Source: Trichoplax adhaerens (lineage: Eukaryota; Animalia; Placozoa). From it: a stretch of 64,000 nucleotides of DNA. Shown here piece by piece: positions 1 to 14,975 of this stretch. The position numbers and the translations under genes are program-made. The notes beneath the pieces are model-generated. The model was not told where the DNA came from, did not search any database, and saw only the letters and a program-made list of their open reading frames with translations. Location: assembly GCF_000150275.1 (NCBI RefSeq), contig NW_002060944.1:3972123-4036122 (forward strand), in the 5' to 3' direction. How positions within the stretch are numbered: the first letter of the stretch is position 1; each line of letters starts with the position of its first letter.

Positions 1-660
1 AACAGTCGATCATTTGATTAACGTTGAAGTACAGTGTATAGGATAGAAATTAGATTAAAATAAGTAAACTACTGCACGAAGGCTAGCCACGCACAATGCA
101 AACAGTCGATCATTTGATTAACGTTGAAGTATAGGATAGAAATTAGATTAAAATAAGTAAACTACTGCAGGAAGGCTAGCCATGCACAATGCAAACAGTC
201 GATCATTTGATTAACGTTGAAGTATAGGATAGAAACTAGATTATAATAAGTAAACTACTGCAGGAAGGCTAGCTTCGCAGACATTAAGCAAGCTACCATT
301 GGAAGGCTCACTGCTAATTGCAGTACAATAGACTGCAAATACGAGCTTGTAGCTGATCATTTGCATGAAGTTATAGTACAAAACTAGCTAGTGTTGACTA
401 CAAATAAGTAAATTGCCGCAGGAAGGCTAATTATCATTCATGCAAACAGTTGATCACTTGAATGAAGTTAAAGTATAGAATAGGAATCAGACAGAAAATG
501 AATATTGTCTATCATCGGAATGACGCATATAAATAATCAATTGGTATTAACTACCAAAACAAGTACTGTAAGCTACCGCAGGAAGGCGAACCATCATACA
601 AAAAGTTGATCATCTGAATGAAGTTACAATATAGAAAAGAACTTAGATAGAAAATACCTT
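1..660. repeat. ~93-bp tandem repeat (3 well-conserved copies, then degenerate copies)
   Basis: Unit AACAGTCGATCATTTGATTAACGTTGAAGT...GAAGGCTAGC starts at 1, 101 and 194. Decayed copies (GATCA..TGAATGAAGTTA, GCAGGAAGGC) continue to ~650. Confidence 0.9.
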
Positions 661-1931
661 CAGTACAAGAGATACTCTCGAATGGTATCGATAATCAAAG
701 CGATGAATAACCAACTGATATTGACTACTACCAAGTAAGCTAATGCAAGAAGTCCAACGATAATTATAATCGTAACACTTCTGTGGCTACTATTTTTACT
801 ACTTGATTGTACTGCGTTGAAATGTGCCAGAACCGATATTTTGCACACATACATGCAGCATAGACTGTTCGAGTGCGCTACTGTAGTAAACTAACTTAGC
901 AAAGCTAAACATAATATAATGCAAGTAGTATTCTTGCAAAAGCAATGACTTTTATTAACACCTAATGGCTTAAGTAGTACAGTATACAATTCATTTATAG
1001 TTACACTTTTAAAATTTTATTCTCAATGACGGCTGGTTAAAACCAAAGTATTTTATTCCTCCATTTCCCTACTATACGATTCGTATACGAGCATTTTTAA
1101 CTCGCATTTTAACACGACTTTAAGAAATATCAAAGCAAATTGAGGCATATCAATATCCACTAGCATGTTATTGCTTAATTCTTCCTCGATAATTGCAATA
1201 GTTACACTATCAGACTGAATACCGAATACACTACAACCGTTATTGGCAATAAAAATTCGAGTTATTTCTCAGTTATAATGAGAGTAAGCAGGCACCATAA
1301 AATTGATAGCAAGAAAGCTAAAAGCGCTGTAATCAAACTAGCAACTACCTATTACATCAATAAAACTATATTCTACAATTATTTGTACTAGTGACTTCCT
1401 ACAATATTCTACTAACTACTAAAAATGATCAATTATTTAATGGCATTTGTCTTTCAAAGTATTTACCAAAAATAGATGATAATTGTATATTACGCACAAG
1501 TACCTTAAATCTCATGCCAACTATAAAACAAATGAACAGCAAATACTCGTAAAATCAAGTTTAGCAAGGCTGATAAACAGTGTCTTATTATACAAACATT
1601 ATATTCTTAATGTGTATACGTAAATTGGTAAATTCCTATATTAGATATAGCATAACATACTTATAGATTTGACTATTTAAATAAATGTTTTATAACAAAC
1701 AGAAAAGACAAGATAACGGAGCAATGTACTTGCAAAAGCGTCGTAGAAATAAATAGAATAGAACATATAATACATATACCAGATATTTAGGAGACCATAT
1801 TATAATCTACCTTAATATCGATGATATAGGATGCTCGCACGATCTATCGTGCAGCAACATTGAATTAGATGGCTAAGATATGCAATCAATTGTACCGTAA
1901 AATTGTCGACAAATTTGTTGTTCTTGCTTAT

Positions 1932-4325
1932 CTAAAACACTGCTCCTCGCACCCCACGAATAGAATAGGCCGGAGAGGACGGTTTGCATAAATCAATTTG
2001 TGGCATATATGTTCCAGGTCCAGGTGTTTTATCTATATACCCGATGTATTCAAATATTTCAAAATATTCGCCGTTAAAATTTAAAAATTTGCGTTTCATG
2101 TTTCAAGAAATCATGTGATGATAAAACGATCAGCTATTCAATATACATGTATATTCATTCAATAGTGACGAATAATACCTCTGCGTAGCCATACATTTTT
2201 CCCTTTTTCAGTACCGAAGGCATAGGCAGGAGCTCGCTGTAACTGAGAATTTAAGCGAAGCCCTGTATGATATTTATTAGGCGAAGGTTCATCTGCAGCA
2301 GATGCTGTAAGATGAGAAAGGATGTAATATCGAATAATGATCATTAGACAATGATTAAGGATAACAGCCAAAAGCCTTTTCTCTGAACAAAGCGAAAATC
2401 TAGAGATATTAAACCAAGTCTTACGTTTCATTGTAGAAAAAATTCTTCTGGGGCTCATCGTAACTGCTGGTGAAGATTGATAGATTGGCTGCGAACCTCC
2501 TATGGTTGATGGCAACGCAATGCAAGCGGAAGATGGCCATGACTAAATATAGCACATGTGAAGTAATCTTAATCAAGTGTTTGATAATTATACAGCTGTC
2601 ACATTTTAAACATTTACAAGGTTTATAAATTAAGTGAAATTAGCTCGATATTCTCGATGTTAAGATTGGTTATTAAAGGATCTTTCTGCCTATTACGGTA
2701 ATTACTAAAATTTCGCATACAATATGCAAGGGCATACTTAAATTCTTACTCTAAAAAGTAATATTTATTACAGTAATTGAAATTCTTAATCTAAGGCAAT
2801 GCATCAAATCAAATGATAAGCAACGGTCTTTCTTGACTATTAAGTTTATCGGGCCAAATTTAACTAAATTATCGAATTAGAATACAGAACAACTACGGAG
2901 CTGTTATGTTCTCTTGCAAAATGAACATCGTAATTCGATAAAATTTTATAGTGAATCAGTAATTAAGAGCTCTTACCGCAGAACTAAAGTCCGTTTTTAT
3001 CGTCCAGACATCTGCATGGCTACTCCATTCTTTCCCAATTGAATATTTTTCTCCGCTGTCTGGGCTAACAACACCTCTGCTAGCTTTGGTTATTTTACCC
3101 ATAGAAAAAGAAGGTGCATTTCGGTCATGGGGATGCTTATTTGGTGGATGATAAGTTAATGGTGTTGGCCCCGATAGATCAAATGGGAGAGGTGGTCTCG
3201 ATTCGATACAAGCTGCTATACCTATTACACGATAAAAAGAGCTTAACAGATTTTCATATAAGATGAAATAAATATCGTAAGTTATATCAAGAACTGACTT
3301 ATCGGCTGATTTCTTTGCGTTTGACAGCTTCTTTTAACTACCGCTGAGGCTACCTTTTCGTTATTTGCTTTCCTATAACACAGATTATGTACGGTAGGAT
3401 CAATTTATCATATCATCATACACAACATTATTTTGTTTTTTATAATATAGAATATACAGTATACAGTTATTATCCGTACACCTATGAAATTCTAATCTGT
3501 GTCAAAATTATTTTAAGGATATTACGACCTATAAATTATTCTGCGAATGTAAGATTTTCAATTAATAAAGCTACTACGTGCATACTGCAAACTTTCATTA
3601 TATAATGACTTATGTGTTGTAAGGTAGTTGTACCAAGTTAATGAAGTAATACAGTTAAGAAACTCATAACTTTACGAACGATAAGAAAATAGGCTTATAT
3701 ATGCCAAAATAGGAGAAAGATATGAGATATATCCTCGAGATATCAATGGTGATTGATTATTCACTAATTTCTTAAGAAATATTATAGTAAATATTTGAGA
3801 AAATAGGCATATCTTGTACTTCATATTAACACATTTTAAATTAGCGTTATTGCACCTCTAAATGTACATTTATCGTTCAAGAAAACTTATGGACGTAAGT
3901 CAATTAAAGAATTAATTATATAAGCAACTAGTCATACATTAAAGTGCCCTTTTACTTATATCCTTGCAATTTTAAAGGAACTATTACATAACGATGATAT
4001 AACCATTAATTTTGTTTTAATCACAGCTGAAAAAATTAAAGTATCCTTCTTTAACGCTTTAAATTATAGAGAAAAATGAATGTAAATTATTATTGATTTT
4101 ATTACCAAAGTATCAGTATAGAACAGTGTAAGACAAATTAGCAGGTAAGGTCTATTATTACCTTCTCTCAGCCAATATTTTATTTAATCTTATTAATTTA
4201 GTGGGAAGTTTTCTTTCGTAACGAAATCGTGGCGACGTAGTATATGTTAGTGCTTCATTCTCTCTTGAACTAGCTAATTCTCCTCCTATAATATGAGGGT
4301 TCATTTCGAATACAGATCGAGGCAT
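1932..4325 (-). CDS. Sperm-tail PG-rich repeat (SHIPPO-rpt) protein, STPG3-like, 6 exons, ~275 aa
   Basis: Exons 4325-4162, 3372-3299, 3221-2977, 2542-2425, 2304-2179 and 2032-1932 join in frame with GT-AG introns. Motifs GPTPLTY..APSFSMG, WPSS..SPAVTM, EPSPNKY..APAYAFG and TPGPGTY..SPAYSIRG are typical PG-rich repeats. The W..K.DF...WPS segment resembles STPG3. Confidence 0.75.
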
Positions 4326-5879
4326 GGAACTTGATGTATGTCCACAAACGCTTTACATCCAATATGAGCGAATAAAATAAAATCTCAGCCAAGATTGAAT
4401 GTTAACTCTATTTATTGCTACAAATATAAACATAGATAGTAATATCTAATGTATGATTTACGTAGCTTTCAACTAATTAATTGCATTAACGAGATTATGT
4501 AAAAATTGTGCTATAGTAACAAAGTTAAGTTGTTGAAATATTAGGTTAAAATAGCTTGCAGTGGACTATAACACTCATTACAAGTATGGAAAGGAAAAGA
4601 TCTTTCTCAGACCTATTTTTTAACTCTAAGTTAATTTATTCTGATAGCTAAACTATTGTCATGTAAAATAGTATTTCTCAATAAGGATAATATAAAGTAA
4701 CGAGACGTTGCTATGGGCATTGATGACTTTTCGATTGTTTAACCATTCTCATTAGTCAATTTTAGGTAAAGATTATTAGCTGAAAATGGCATAACATGAA
4801 ATATAAAACTGTAATAAAATTTTTTTCATCAATGTAACTTTAGAAAATTGGTCTGCTTATGATCGCTTTTCTAATTGAGAGCATTATTACATCAGATTTG
4901 ATCTAATATGATACGAATTACTAATCGACGAAATCAATTTAAACTAGATCAGTTGAAGAGTCAATAACACTAACTATTACAGTAAACAACTAATCAATTA
5001 TTCAACAGCTTTGTAAAATGACTTGCTTTATAACAATATAATTTTATCAGCTTTTCAATCCGGTTTTAAACATATTATTAGTCATGGCCATTATGTCATT
5101 CAGAGTTCATTTATAGTTTACTCTACTTGCTAGCACTTGAAAAAAGAGAGAGAGAGAAAAAAATAGGCTCTATATCATACTATTGATTCTAGATTTGTCA
5201 GTGTACATGCCGTAATGTATAGTACACAAGCATTTTATGTATGGAGTAATAGAACAATAGCAGCACTGTATGATTTTGGTATCTGTGTCATCGTTCGTAT
5301 ACTGTACTCATATCGGTCTAATATAATTTATTTTGTAATTCAGTCTAAAATTTTAATCTAATATTAAAGAAACACTACTATAACTGTAACTTGGGTTATG
5401 ATGTTAGCTAGTTTATGCTTCTACTTGAAATTATGCCTTATTACACATAATTTGTTTTGCAATCATGCAATATTGGCAATACGACTACCAATAGTACCTA
5501 AACTCGCTATAAGTAACACATTTTATAATCTTATTTAAAACAAATTCAAATTTGATATCATGGAGTCAGTATGATGTAAAACTTTTATACTAGTGATTTA
5601 TTAACTTTATGAGTTAATCCTAAGTATATAAATGATTTCGACATTTAATTTCTCACTTAGATCTAGCAACATCATATTTATCAATTCCAGATTTAAAAGA
5701 TTACCGTACACGTAATATTTATCTAAATTTCCCTTATCAGACGGTAGACAAGTTTGTTGGGACAAAACATAATAACAAAAGCTATAGTAAAACAAGATAT
5801 AACCATAAATGGTCTATAATTGAAAAACAGTATATCTTCTTCATATTAATCTGTATTCTTCGCGCCGAAATAGGATATT

Positions 5880-8800
5880 CTATAAATTCAACGTTATTCC
5901 TTTTAATTTTCTGCCATACCTATCATTTTAGATGAAGGGAATATTAGGCTAATATAAATTACTCGTACTTCTAATGTTAAATCAAAAATAATAAAAATTT
6001 TGTAAGACCTCCTATTACATTTTGTTAAGAAATAGCGTAAATTGAGAATCACTTATATATCCACAAAGATCGACCTTATGAATGTGATCTAATCAACAAA
6101 AGGAATATCAAACACTTACGTTAATAATCCTTTCTGGATTTCCTCGACTTTACCAGGATTACAGCAAACTACGCAGCTAGAACGTTGACAGTCGAATAAT
6201 GACGTAAAATAAATATCCAATCGATCAGTCTACCACAGATTACAGAGATCTAGTAAAATATTGAATATATTATAAAGGCAACTATTAAGACATAATAAGT
6301 TAAGATGCATATTATAGCCAAGCAACCTCCTCAGCAGCAGATGAAGCGGTCTCTTCACGTTCGATTATTTCGAATATCACGCTACTCTTTGCAGATTCAA
6401 TTTGAACTTCATCAAATTCACTTCTTCCATCCACGTAACTTTCCTGTAATACAAATCCGTTTAGAAAATATAGCAACCCTTGTAATGTAATTAGACCTCT
6501 ATTTTCGAGCTTGATTGCTAAAAGTTTGATAAATCTGCTTAGTTTAAATACTAGATACTTATAACGAGTTCAAAGAGAATTCAAGCTAGGCTAAAAATAT
6601 TTGTAACGTCAGTCATATCTTACTATAGTTTTGACAGTAATTTCTGTGCAAGATACCTACCACGATAGTTTTAGCTTCTCTATATGCATTCACGAGCTGC
6701 GTCGATTTAAACAGCTTAAGATATAAAAGCCCGTGTTCCACAGAATAATGCATGCTGTTTAAGAATCAAATAAAGTATGCTTGAGTGTTAATTACTTTAC
6801 ATTTTTAGTGTGTGATAAAATGTAACTGCGTACAAAACTGAAATTAAGTATTGAACGTTGCACCTGTAGTGATATGATAATCCTAAACCTCTGATCTGTC
6901 GCCACATGGGACCCTGCAAAAAATGAAGTCTCAATTATGCTACAAGGCCTGTCATTGTCGCTAAAAATTTTTACAAATATCAAATGAGATCATTACCTCC
7001 AGAGCAATTAGATACTCGATAAATACCATCAATGGAGCGCAATCAGGATGATTATAATCGTTAACGCACGGAGAATTTTGTATGAGAAACGAAGATTCAA
7101 CCGATGATACACCAACGATAATATTAGACAGTGTTGGCGAAAATGTGCGATATTTACTACTATATTCAGGGACTATCAATCTAAAATTATGTTGGGTTAA
7201 GAAATCGTTTAGATTCAGATAAACGAAATAGGTGGTCATTCAATGAAGATAGCCTTTACCTTTTCTCAGATGGAATGCTGAATGAAGATGGAACAAAGTT
7301 AGAAAATAAAGAAGCCACAGAGATCTTAGGCAGTCGATGCAAATCACAAGTTATATGAATAAAAACATTCGATGGGTCAAAAAGGATTCTTCGAAGCTTT
7401 TCTAATTTTTCGATGACCTTTTAAAAGTATTGATAATTTAGTTATCACCTGGCTAAACTTATTAAAAAGGCTACTATATAATCTAGCCTATGCATTCTTA
7501 CTATAGCAGGAGCAGTATTGATATCGGTTAGAACTTCCTTTAAGAATTTACTTTGTCTAATCATATTGTACTGATACTGATTGCATTCTAATAAAAATAA
7601 TAAATTAGATTCAACTTGATAAATCACAGCATCCGTATAAGATATAACAAGTACAGAAAGAACGAATCACTTATTGAGTAATTAACCTTTGTTGAATATT
7701 ACGTCTTTCATTAATGCTTGCGCTACTTTGCCACCACTCCGTTTCATCCTTTTGATGTAAGTAATATGATAAAAAATCAATTATTACTTAGTATTGTAAA
7801 AGTACAGTGATGAAAAACAATCAATGAGAAGTAAGTTATCCAATGAAACCTTGCGATGTCTTTTTTAATTTTGGTGCCAACACTTTTCAATCGCTCTGCA
7901 GTGATTTGTGATCTGTATACCAGTTCATGCATCCACTTTACGCAACGGTCATACTTAGCAGCATCGGCCTGGCAATTAATAACACACGCAGGCAAAAAAT
8001 CTCACATTAATATTGCTAAAACAACAAGCCTACAGCTCAAGACTGGAAAGTCATACTTTTAACGTGATAACAGCTGCCTGAGCAAAGGAGCCGCAACCTA
8101 GTCTACTTCCATTGAACCCCAAAGTTTGATCCATAGATATGATGTCATTGTGTAGTTGTTTAATAACTTCTTCATAAGGTATAACCTCTACAAATTTTTA
8201 ACGATTAAAGTTGCTGATATTTTACATTGCTATACTCTACTCATATTTCCAATATTCTATTAATTTTATATACCTTCGCCTCTCAATACAGGAGACTCAA
8301 ATATGACTTCCAGCAGCAACGATAGATATGGTTTTAGTTCCGTTCCTATAATGGATGTATTTCCAAGAAGTGAAACCTACGCATAAAGATATGCGTTTAT
8401 GATATTTCGAAAATTAGAAATTGCAGCTAAATATGCTAGTAGTAGATCGTAAAAAATTTAAACGAAAGGCAATAGTCATTCACACTTACGGTGAAAAAAC
8501 GCGTACGAATACAATCTAATTGCATTGGCAAAGGCACTTCGCCAATATTAAATTTCGTAGCTATGTCCGCAGTATCGCTATCCATATTTTCACAATTAGA
8601 GAAAGTGAGAACTGGATGAAAGTTAATACTTTCAATATTTGGGACATCAAAACTACGAATTAGATCATCAGGTGGATCGACCTATGTTAACAAAATCGAA
8701 AATATTTTAGGCTAGATTAAAATACTAAACGCAGCCACTAACTTTCTTTTTAAGGTGTTAAACGAGATTCGTACATCATTGTCATCAACCGCCTTATCTA

Positions 8801-11800
8801 ATCGTGCTCCTAATTTTTCCAAACGGTCGCTACCTAATTCTTTTATTTGTTTTTCAACTCTTTGCTTTTCATTAGTAGTCATCTGCTTGCCAAGATCTTT
8901 ACTTGGTTGGGCAACAATCTATAGATATACAGTATAGGGTCGATAATGAAAATTTATATCACACTCAAATATAAAAAGAGTAATTGACAATGACCGCAAC
9001 AAAACATAAACATACAGTCACTGATGGGGATGATATTAAGTATTTATTCATAAAATTAAGCCAAAACTTGGTTGGTTCTTTCTTCAGTTTGTCCAAGTAT
9101 TCAATTTCGTCCACTTTTTTGCGTAGCTAAGTTATGTTTTCGAGTATTTGCGATATAATAAATTAGGTGAGTTTAACAGTGGGTTAAAATTTTTTATCCT
9201 ATACATCACAATTGTACTTGTTTATGGATAGACGAATGAAAATTTTTTCCGTAATCTTGCATTTTAGTTACGTTAAATTACGGTAATCAAAGGATTTAGG
9301 TCTCAATTGTTTTCATAAAGTTGATACCTACATCGTCTATCGACTTAGAGTATAAAAAGTCGGCAATGCAGTATCCAGCAATGGCGTTATGTGGGCTATC
9401 TTCCAACTTAAATATACATAAATATAAAACTTTTAGTCTCATTGACAAATTCCTAGTACATTCCATGATAGGCATATTAAAAATACGATTTACTAAAATA
9501 TGTTTTGCATTATAAATACGTACGCTATCCTCGTATTCTAAAACACTAGTGGAAATTATAGACTGGAGGCGTGTCATATCGATAGGTTCTTGTCCAGTAG
9601 CAATTTTATTTATGATCTCATCCATTCTGTTTTAAAAAATGGCATAATTAGCATCCAAAGACAAACGAATTTAGAAATTGTATTTCAAAGGAAAACAATC
9701 GAAGATTAATACTTTGGTTTAACATCATTTAAGACACCAGTAGGTACGTTTTTGAAGTGTAGGTGGATACAAGATTCGGAATTTTCGTGAAAACCAAAAC
9801 CAATCTAGAAAATGGAAAAGTCACGAAGCGATCTTACATTGCTAGGTAGTGTTAGAATCTATAAGTCTACTTTAAGGTGTACGTATTTAGCTCTTACATC
9901 GTTGCAATACGGTTCGTCAATTTCAACCATATCACGCTGCAAAGGAGCAACTGGAGTATCGGTCAAATACTTGAAAAGAATACCTATGGTAACCATATTA
10001 TGGTAATCCTAAAAAATAATAGTGGATGCTAATCAGTGAGCATCCAGTTTACGATATGAATCGTAGATTAACAATCACCCATTTTTGCTTTTTAATCTAC
10101 GTTTCACTAACATTAGCCGAACAACCACGCCATCCATGAATAACTAAACCGACGCTATCGTCGTCATTTGGAAATTGAATGTTACGATACACTGAGGATG
10201 AGATAGGAGGTACAGGTGATTGCCACGGTCTATCAAAGGTAGGTAATTTGCCCTATGAAACGATATGATTGTCATCAATTTGCTAAATTAATTACCTTAC
10301 ATGACGTCAACATAATCATATCCATTAATAATAGAAAGTAGCAAAAAAATACCATCTGCAAGATACGCTTTTCGAATGATTCCAATTTTTGAAAGACATC
10401 TTGAGGTTTAATTTGTCCGGTTATAATAAGGCCTAAATTATCTGGACGATAGAAGGAGCGATGATAGTCGCAAACCTAAGACGAAATATATTAAAAGAAC
10501 AATACGTTTCAATCTTAATGGAGGTATTAAAGGGATATTTAAATTCGACATTCAGTTATTAAGATAATCAACAAAAGATAAGTTGGAGAACCTTTTGATG
10601 CGATGTAGAAGACCTTAAATTCTCTAATATTCCACCAGTTTCCGACTTTTGTTCGAAAATAGAATGAATACCGTATTTTTTATAGATTTGCTTATGACAT
10701 ATCGACAAAAGAAACCGCAACTAAGAAATAATTAACGCAGCAATAGCAGTTTCCCTACCTTATAACCGCAATGGCCAGGATACATATCTCTTGCAAAAGC
10801 AAGACGAGCACGACTCTCGCCAGTATTTTCCCGAGCCTGCATCTCGCAATATACTACTCCAGCATCATCGCCATCATTAGTTATGTGATGAACTTCAGTG
10901 ATATAGCTCGACTCCTAAATGATACACATTTAATACTGTTGTTACATAAGTTAATGGTGCTATCGACATTACTTGAAGATAAAATTTTATTTTTATTTTT
11001 ATTGGTTCGTACAGGTTTTAATGTGAGTGAAGACATTTGGTCCATAGTATACATACACTGTTAGAAATCAAAATGTATAATTCATTTCTATATTTATAAA
11101 TAACATACCGTTAACGTGGGATATAATACATGATCCAGATAGACGTTCAAAAGATTTAAAAATCCTTCACTGCCTGCAGTTGTAACGGTATAGCAAGTAT
11201 GATCGGTATCCGTCCATGCGTTAGTACCTTGTGCAAAACATCGATTTGCAATTAAGTCTAGTACACCCTGAAAACAACATGGTCAAATATGATAGTAGTT
11301 AGTTGTTAACACACAACGATATTGTAGAATGTACATCATCACTTCGGTAGCAGTTAGCTATATATACTGTCGCATGTAGAAATAAAAATGTTTCCTCCAA
11401 AATACTAGGCAAAAGTGCTATACTTGTCGAGAAGTCCTTGACTGGTATCAAGAATTGTAGGTTAAGAACGTATTGATAATAAATTAAGGCAAGCAAATAC
11501 AGTTCTTGTCTTCATAATGATATTAATGTACAGTATGAACACCTACTAGTAAGCTAAAACTTTGATAATAATATGAAGATCTTGCTGATATACATGATAA
11601 CAAATATCGCTGTGTAAAGGGTAAAAGCTGTCCGAATTTTGGATAGCTTGAAGTCTTACCTTGTATGGGTAAGTTTTGCTACCCATGAATACCAGATGTT
11701 CCAATGTATGTGGTAGTCCATCGTCATCATGAGCTTCCGTTGCTGCAATAAGATAGCGTTGCTGCATTAATTTGAGTTCACTTAAAATTGGCATAGCAAT

Positions 11801-12942
11801 GAGTATTGAGTGTGAAGCAAAAAAGTTTAATCTTTACAGTACAAGATTATCCACAGTACATTTACACTTTGTAAGTTGTAGGATATGTTGTAATTGATCA
11901 GTCCTTCGAAATTTCTCTCCTGAGACTCGGTATTGTAACTTGCAATGGAATGTTCAAATAACAGTCCCAATGTCTACACTTTAAATGTTATAAAGTACAT
12001 ATATCATTGCTTCATTGACTGTCAGTATGAACTAATCCAATGCAAACTCTCCAAAAGGAAATTTCAATTTAGTTTGTATGATTGACCAGTAAAGCCAATG
12101 ATCGATGGTTGGGTTTATTGACCAGTTATCTTATGAAATTTTCTGTAGCTCAATAGATGTTGGTTTAAACTTCATAATAAATTACTAGCTACAACTACTA
12201 CTCAATAAGTATAAGAATAAGTTCTTTTGCGTAGCCTACAGAGAGTGAAAGTTCTCCTACTCTCCATCAACTATTATTGATACTGTAGAGTGTTAGTAGT
12301 ACAGTACTCCTATACGAGACTATCAACAGAGCGTGGAAACTAATTGTGTCCTGATATCCTTCTTTACCAGCGCTAGCCTGCCTAAACAGATAGAACAGTA
12401 ATTACACCTTCAGCAGAGGAATTCTCACTTGCATACAAAGAATATCTATGCCTTCTTATTAACTGTTCAATGCTAATTTTTGTCATACTCTTGATTAAAT
12501 CAATCAATCTGGATGATGAATTCACGATCGATTGAACTGTGCTAAAGGGAGAATGAAAATGAAGCAAATGACCCATGTTATTTCCTCTTGCCCCATTAAG
12601 GCTAGACGAATAAAGACGAATAGTCTAGCTATTTTACCAGAAGTATTGGTAACGCTGATCTCAAGCCAATAGAACTAGCAATAAGAATATCAGCAGGGAG
12701 AATGATTTATTCAATGTTTCAGTTCTGTCGTGAGTGCAAGTAGTGCAACATGTTCTCCATGCAATGCATACATAAGTCAAATAAGTGTTAGTATTACCTA
12801 AACAAAAGTATCCATTTACTAGTGGACCATCCACTTCAGCAATATATAGAATGACTCCAGTTAGTTTGGATTTGTACTTATGTATTGGAATTTGATTGTT
12901 GATTCGAAAGCTTGAAAGTAGTTGATAGTTCTTTTCCGCCAT
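5880..12942 (-). CDS. Peptidase M16 (insulinase-family) zinc metalloprotease, C05D11.1/YOL098C-like, multi-exon
   Basis: Starts MAEKNYQLL. Exon ~11681-11744 has the inverted zinc motif GLPHTLEHLVFMGS, followed by GTNAWTDTDHTCYT, GVVYCEMQARENTG, YHRSFYRPDN and GPMWRQIRGLGLSY. Stop TAG at 5880-5882. Confidence 0.9.
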
Positions 12943-13283
12943 TTTCAGTCTAGGATAACAGTCTTACTTCCTACAGCACTGCGACTGCCTGAGGCTATTC
13001 GCAGCGATTGGTTGAATCTGGCTTGAGCGATACAGTACAGTATGATGCTTACTCAATACCATACCGTAGATAGTCGACAGTATTGTATTGGGGCAAGACA
13101 CAAGGTAGTGATGGCGTGTGCAAAAAGTACTATATTGTGCACTGGACAGTACAGCAAAGCCATATTGTACATTAGAAGTCCATGGACAATTCAGGACGAA
13201 TCCTTGATTTAATCGATGGACATGTTGCTAGGGCAGCCTTGTCCATTTTCCCAATGGACAAGCAGAAAAAGGATACGACAAGT

Positions 13284-13328
13284 CATGGACTACTAGAAAA
13301 GTAATTTTAACTTTTCTAGTAGTCCATG
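13284..13328. other. Perfect 19-bp inverted repeat with 7-nt spacer
   Basis: CATGGACTACTAGAAAAGT-aatttta-ACTTTTCTAGTAGTCCATG. Confidence 0.95.
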
Positions 13329-13529
13329 GACATTGGACAAGTCGATAGCCAATGGAAAGATGTCCATCATTCGATGATATGGCAGCCTGCCAGCTGTTTT
13401 GAAAGGATGGATGATGGTCGATCATCTCATCATATCGCCTAGACCATATTCAGAGAGGCGCTGCAATCAATCACTTCTGGATCGACCTTGCTGACATCGA
13501 TTGGCTGCTACATATATAGCATGCTATCT

Positions 13530-14246
13530 AATCATATTATACAGTATTTTAATATGATATGCATGAATTCAAAGCTGATATACAGTGCTGTACAGTATAT
13601 TGAACAACATTCATTTCTTAAAGGTATAAATTTACAATATTCTACGTAAACGCAGATATTCTCAATTTGTAAAGATCGGAATACAACGAGATCATCCCTA
13701 CTCACAGTTTACTATATTGCATATGGAAATCATTGATGGGATAGTGATCAGTTTCATTTAGCTGGCACATTTTATCACGTTTTCAACTTACTATTTCGGA
13801 ATAGAATACTGTATAATGTATATTCCCATGCTACGCACTGCCCTAGCGCTGCATTGCACAAACAAAACCAAACTATCAGCTTTCCCAAACCTAGAAATCA
13901 TATTATACAGTATTTTAATATGATATGCATGAATTTAAAGCTGATAGACAGTGATGTACAGTATATTGAACAGCATTCATTTGTAAAAGTTGTAAATTTA
14001 CAATATTCTCAATTTGTAAAGATCGGAATACAATGAGATCATCCCTACTCACAGTTTACTATATTGCATATGGAAATCATTTTTGGGATAGTGATCAGTT
14101 TCATTTAGCTGGCGTATTTTATCACGTTTTCAACTTACTATTTCGGAATAGAATACTGTATAATGTATATTCCCATGCTACGCACTGCCCTAGCGCTGCA
14201 TTGCACAAACAAAACCAAATTATCAGCTTTCCCAAACCTAGAAATC
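13530..14246. repeat. Tandem duplication, 2 copies of ~350-366 bp
   Basis: AATCATATTATACAGTATTTTAATATG starts at 13530 and 13896. The copies are near-identical apart from a ~16-bp indel and scattered substitutions. Confidence 0.95.
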
Positions 14247-14606
14247 TAGAATAGAATATACTGTATCGGGATTGAGCCAACCCGGTTTCATCTGTAATTT
14301 AAGCGGCAGATTTTAAACTTCACTTGTCTATGTATCTTATTGAGTTATTACAATTGTAGAATATTCGTACGAGTATATATCAATAATTCAGCAAAATAAT
14401 CAGTTGCATCATCAATCCGCACCTCAATATCATGGCTCAATAGGTATGCATTGCTATTACGCCAACGATAGAAATAGGAATACCATAGTATCGAAAGGCA
14501 ATGTTAGAATTTCATATTTACCATAAGTCATTTGAATCTTGCTAGTTGTATGTGCTAATTTGCTATGCCACAATCATTGACGTGTCTTGCGCAATTATAC
14601 CACACA

Positions 14607-14975
14607 CTACAGTGTATCTCAAATGAAATGATCTATTGAGACAGCATGCACAAATGTTTCAAAATACAACAGAACTACAAAAAATAATCTACAGTGTATC
14701 TCAAATGAAATGATCTATTGAGACAGCATGTACAAATGTTTCAAAATAGAGCAGAACTACAGACAATAATCTACAGTGTATCTCAAATGAAATGATCTAT
14801 TTTGACAGCATGCACAAATGTTTCAAAATAGAACAGAACTACAGACAATAATCTACAGTGTATCTCAAATGAAATGATCTATTGAGACAGCATGCACAAA
14901 TGTTTCAAAATAGAACAGAACTACAGAAAATAATCTACAGTGTATCTCAAATGAAATGATCTATTTTGACAGCAT
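14607..14975. repeat. 82-bp tandem repeat, left part (4.5 copies)
   Basis: CTACAGTGTATCTCAAATGAAATGATC at 14607, 14689, 14771, 14853 and 14935. Confidence 0.95.
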
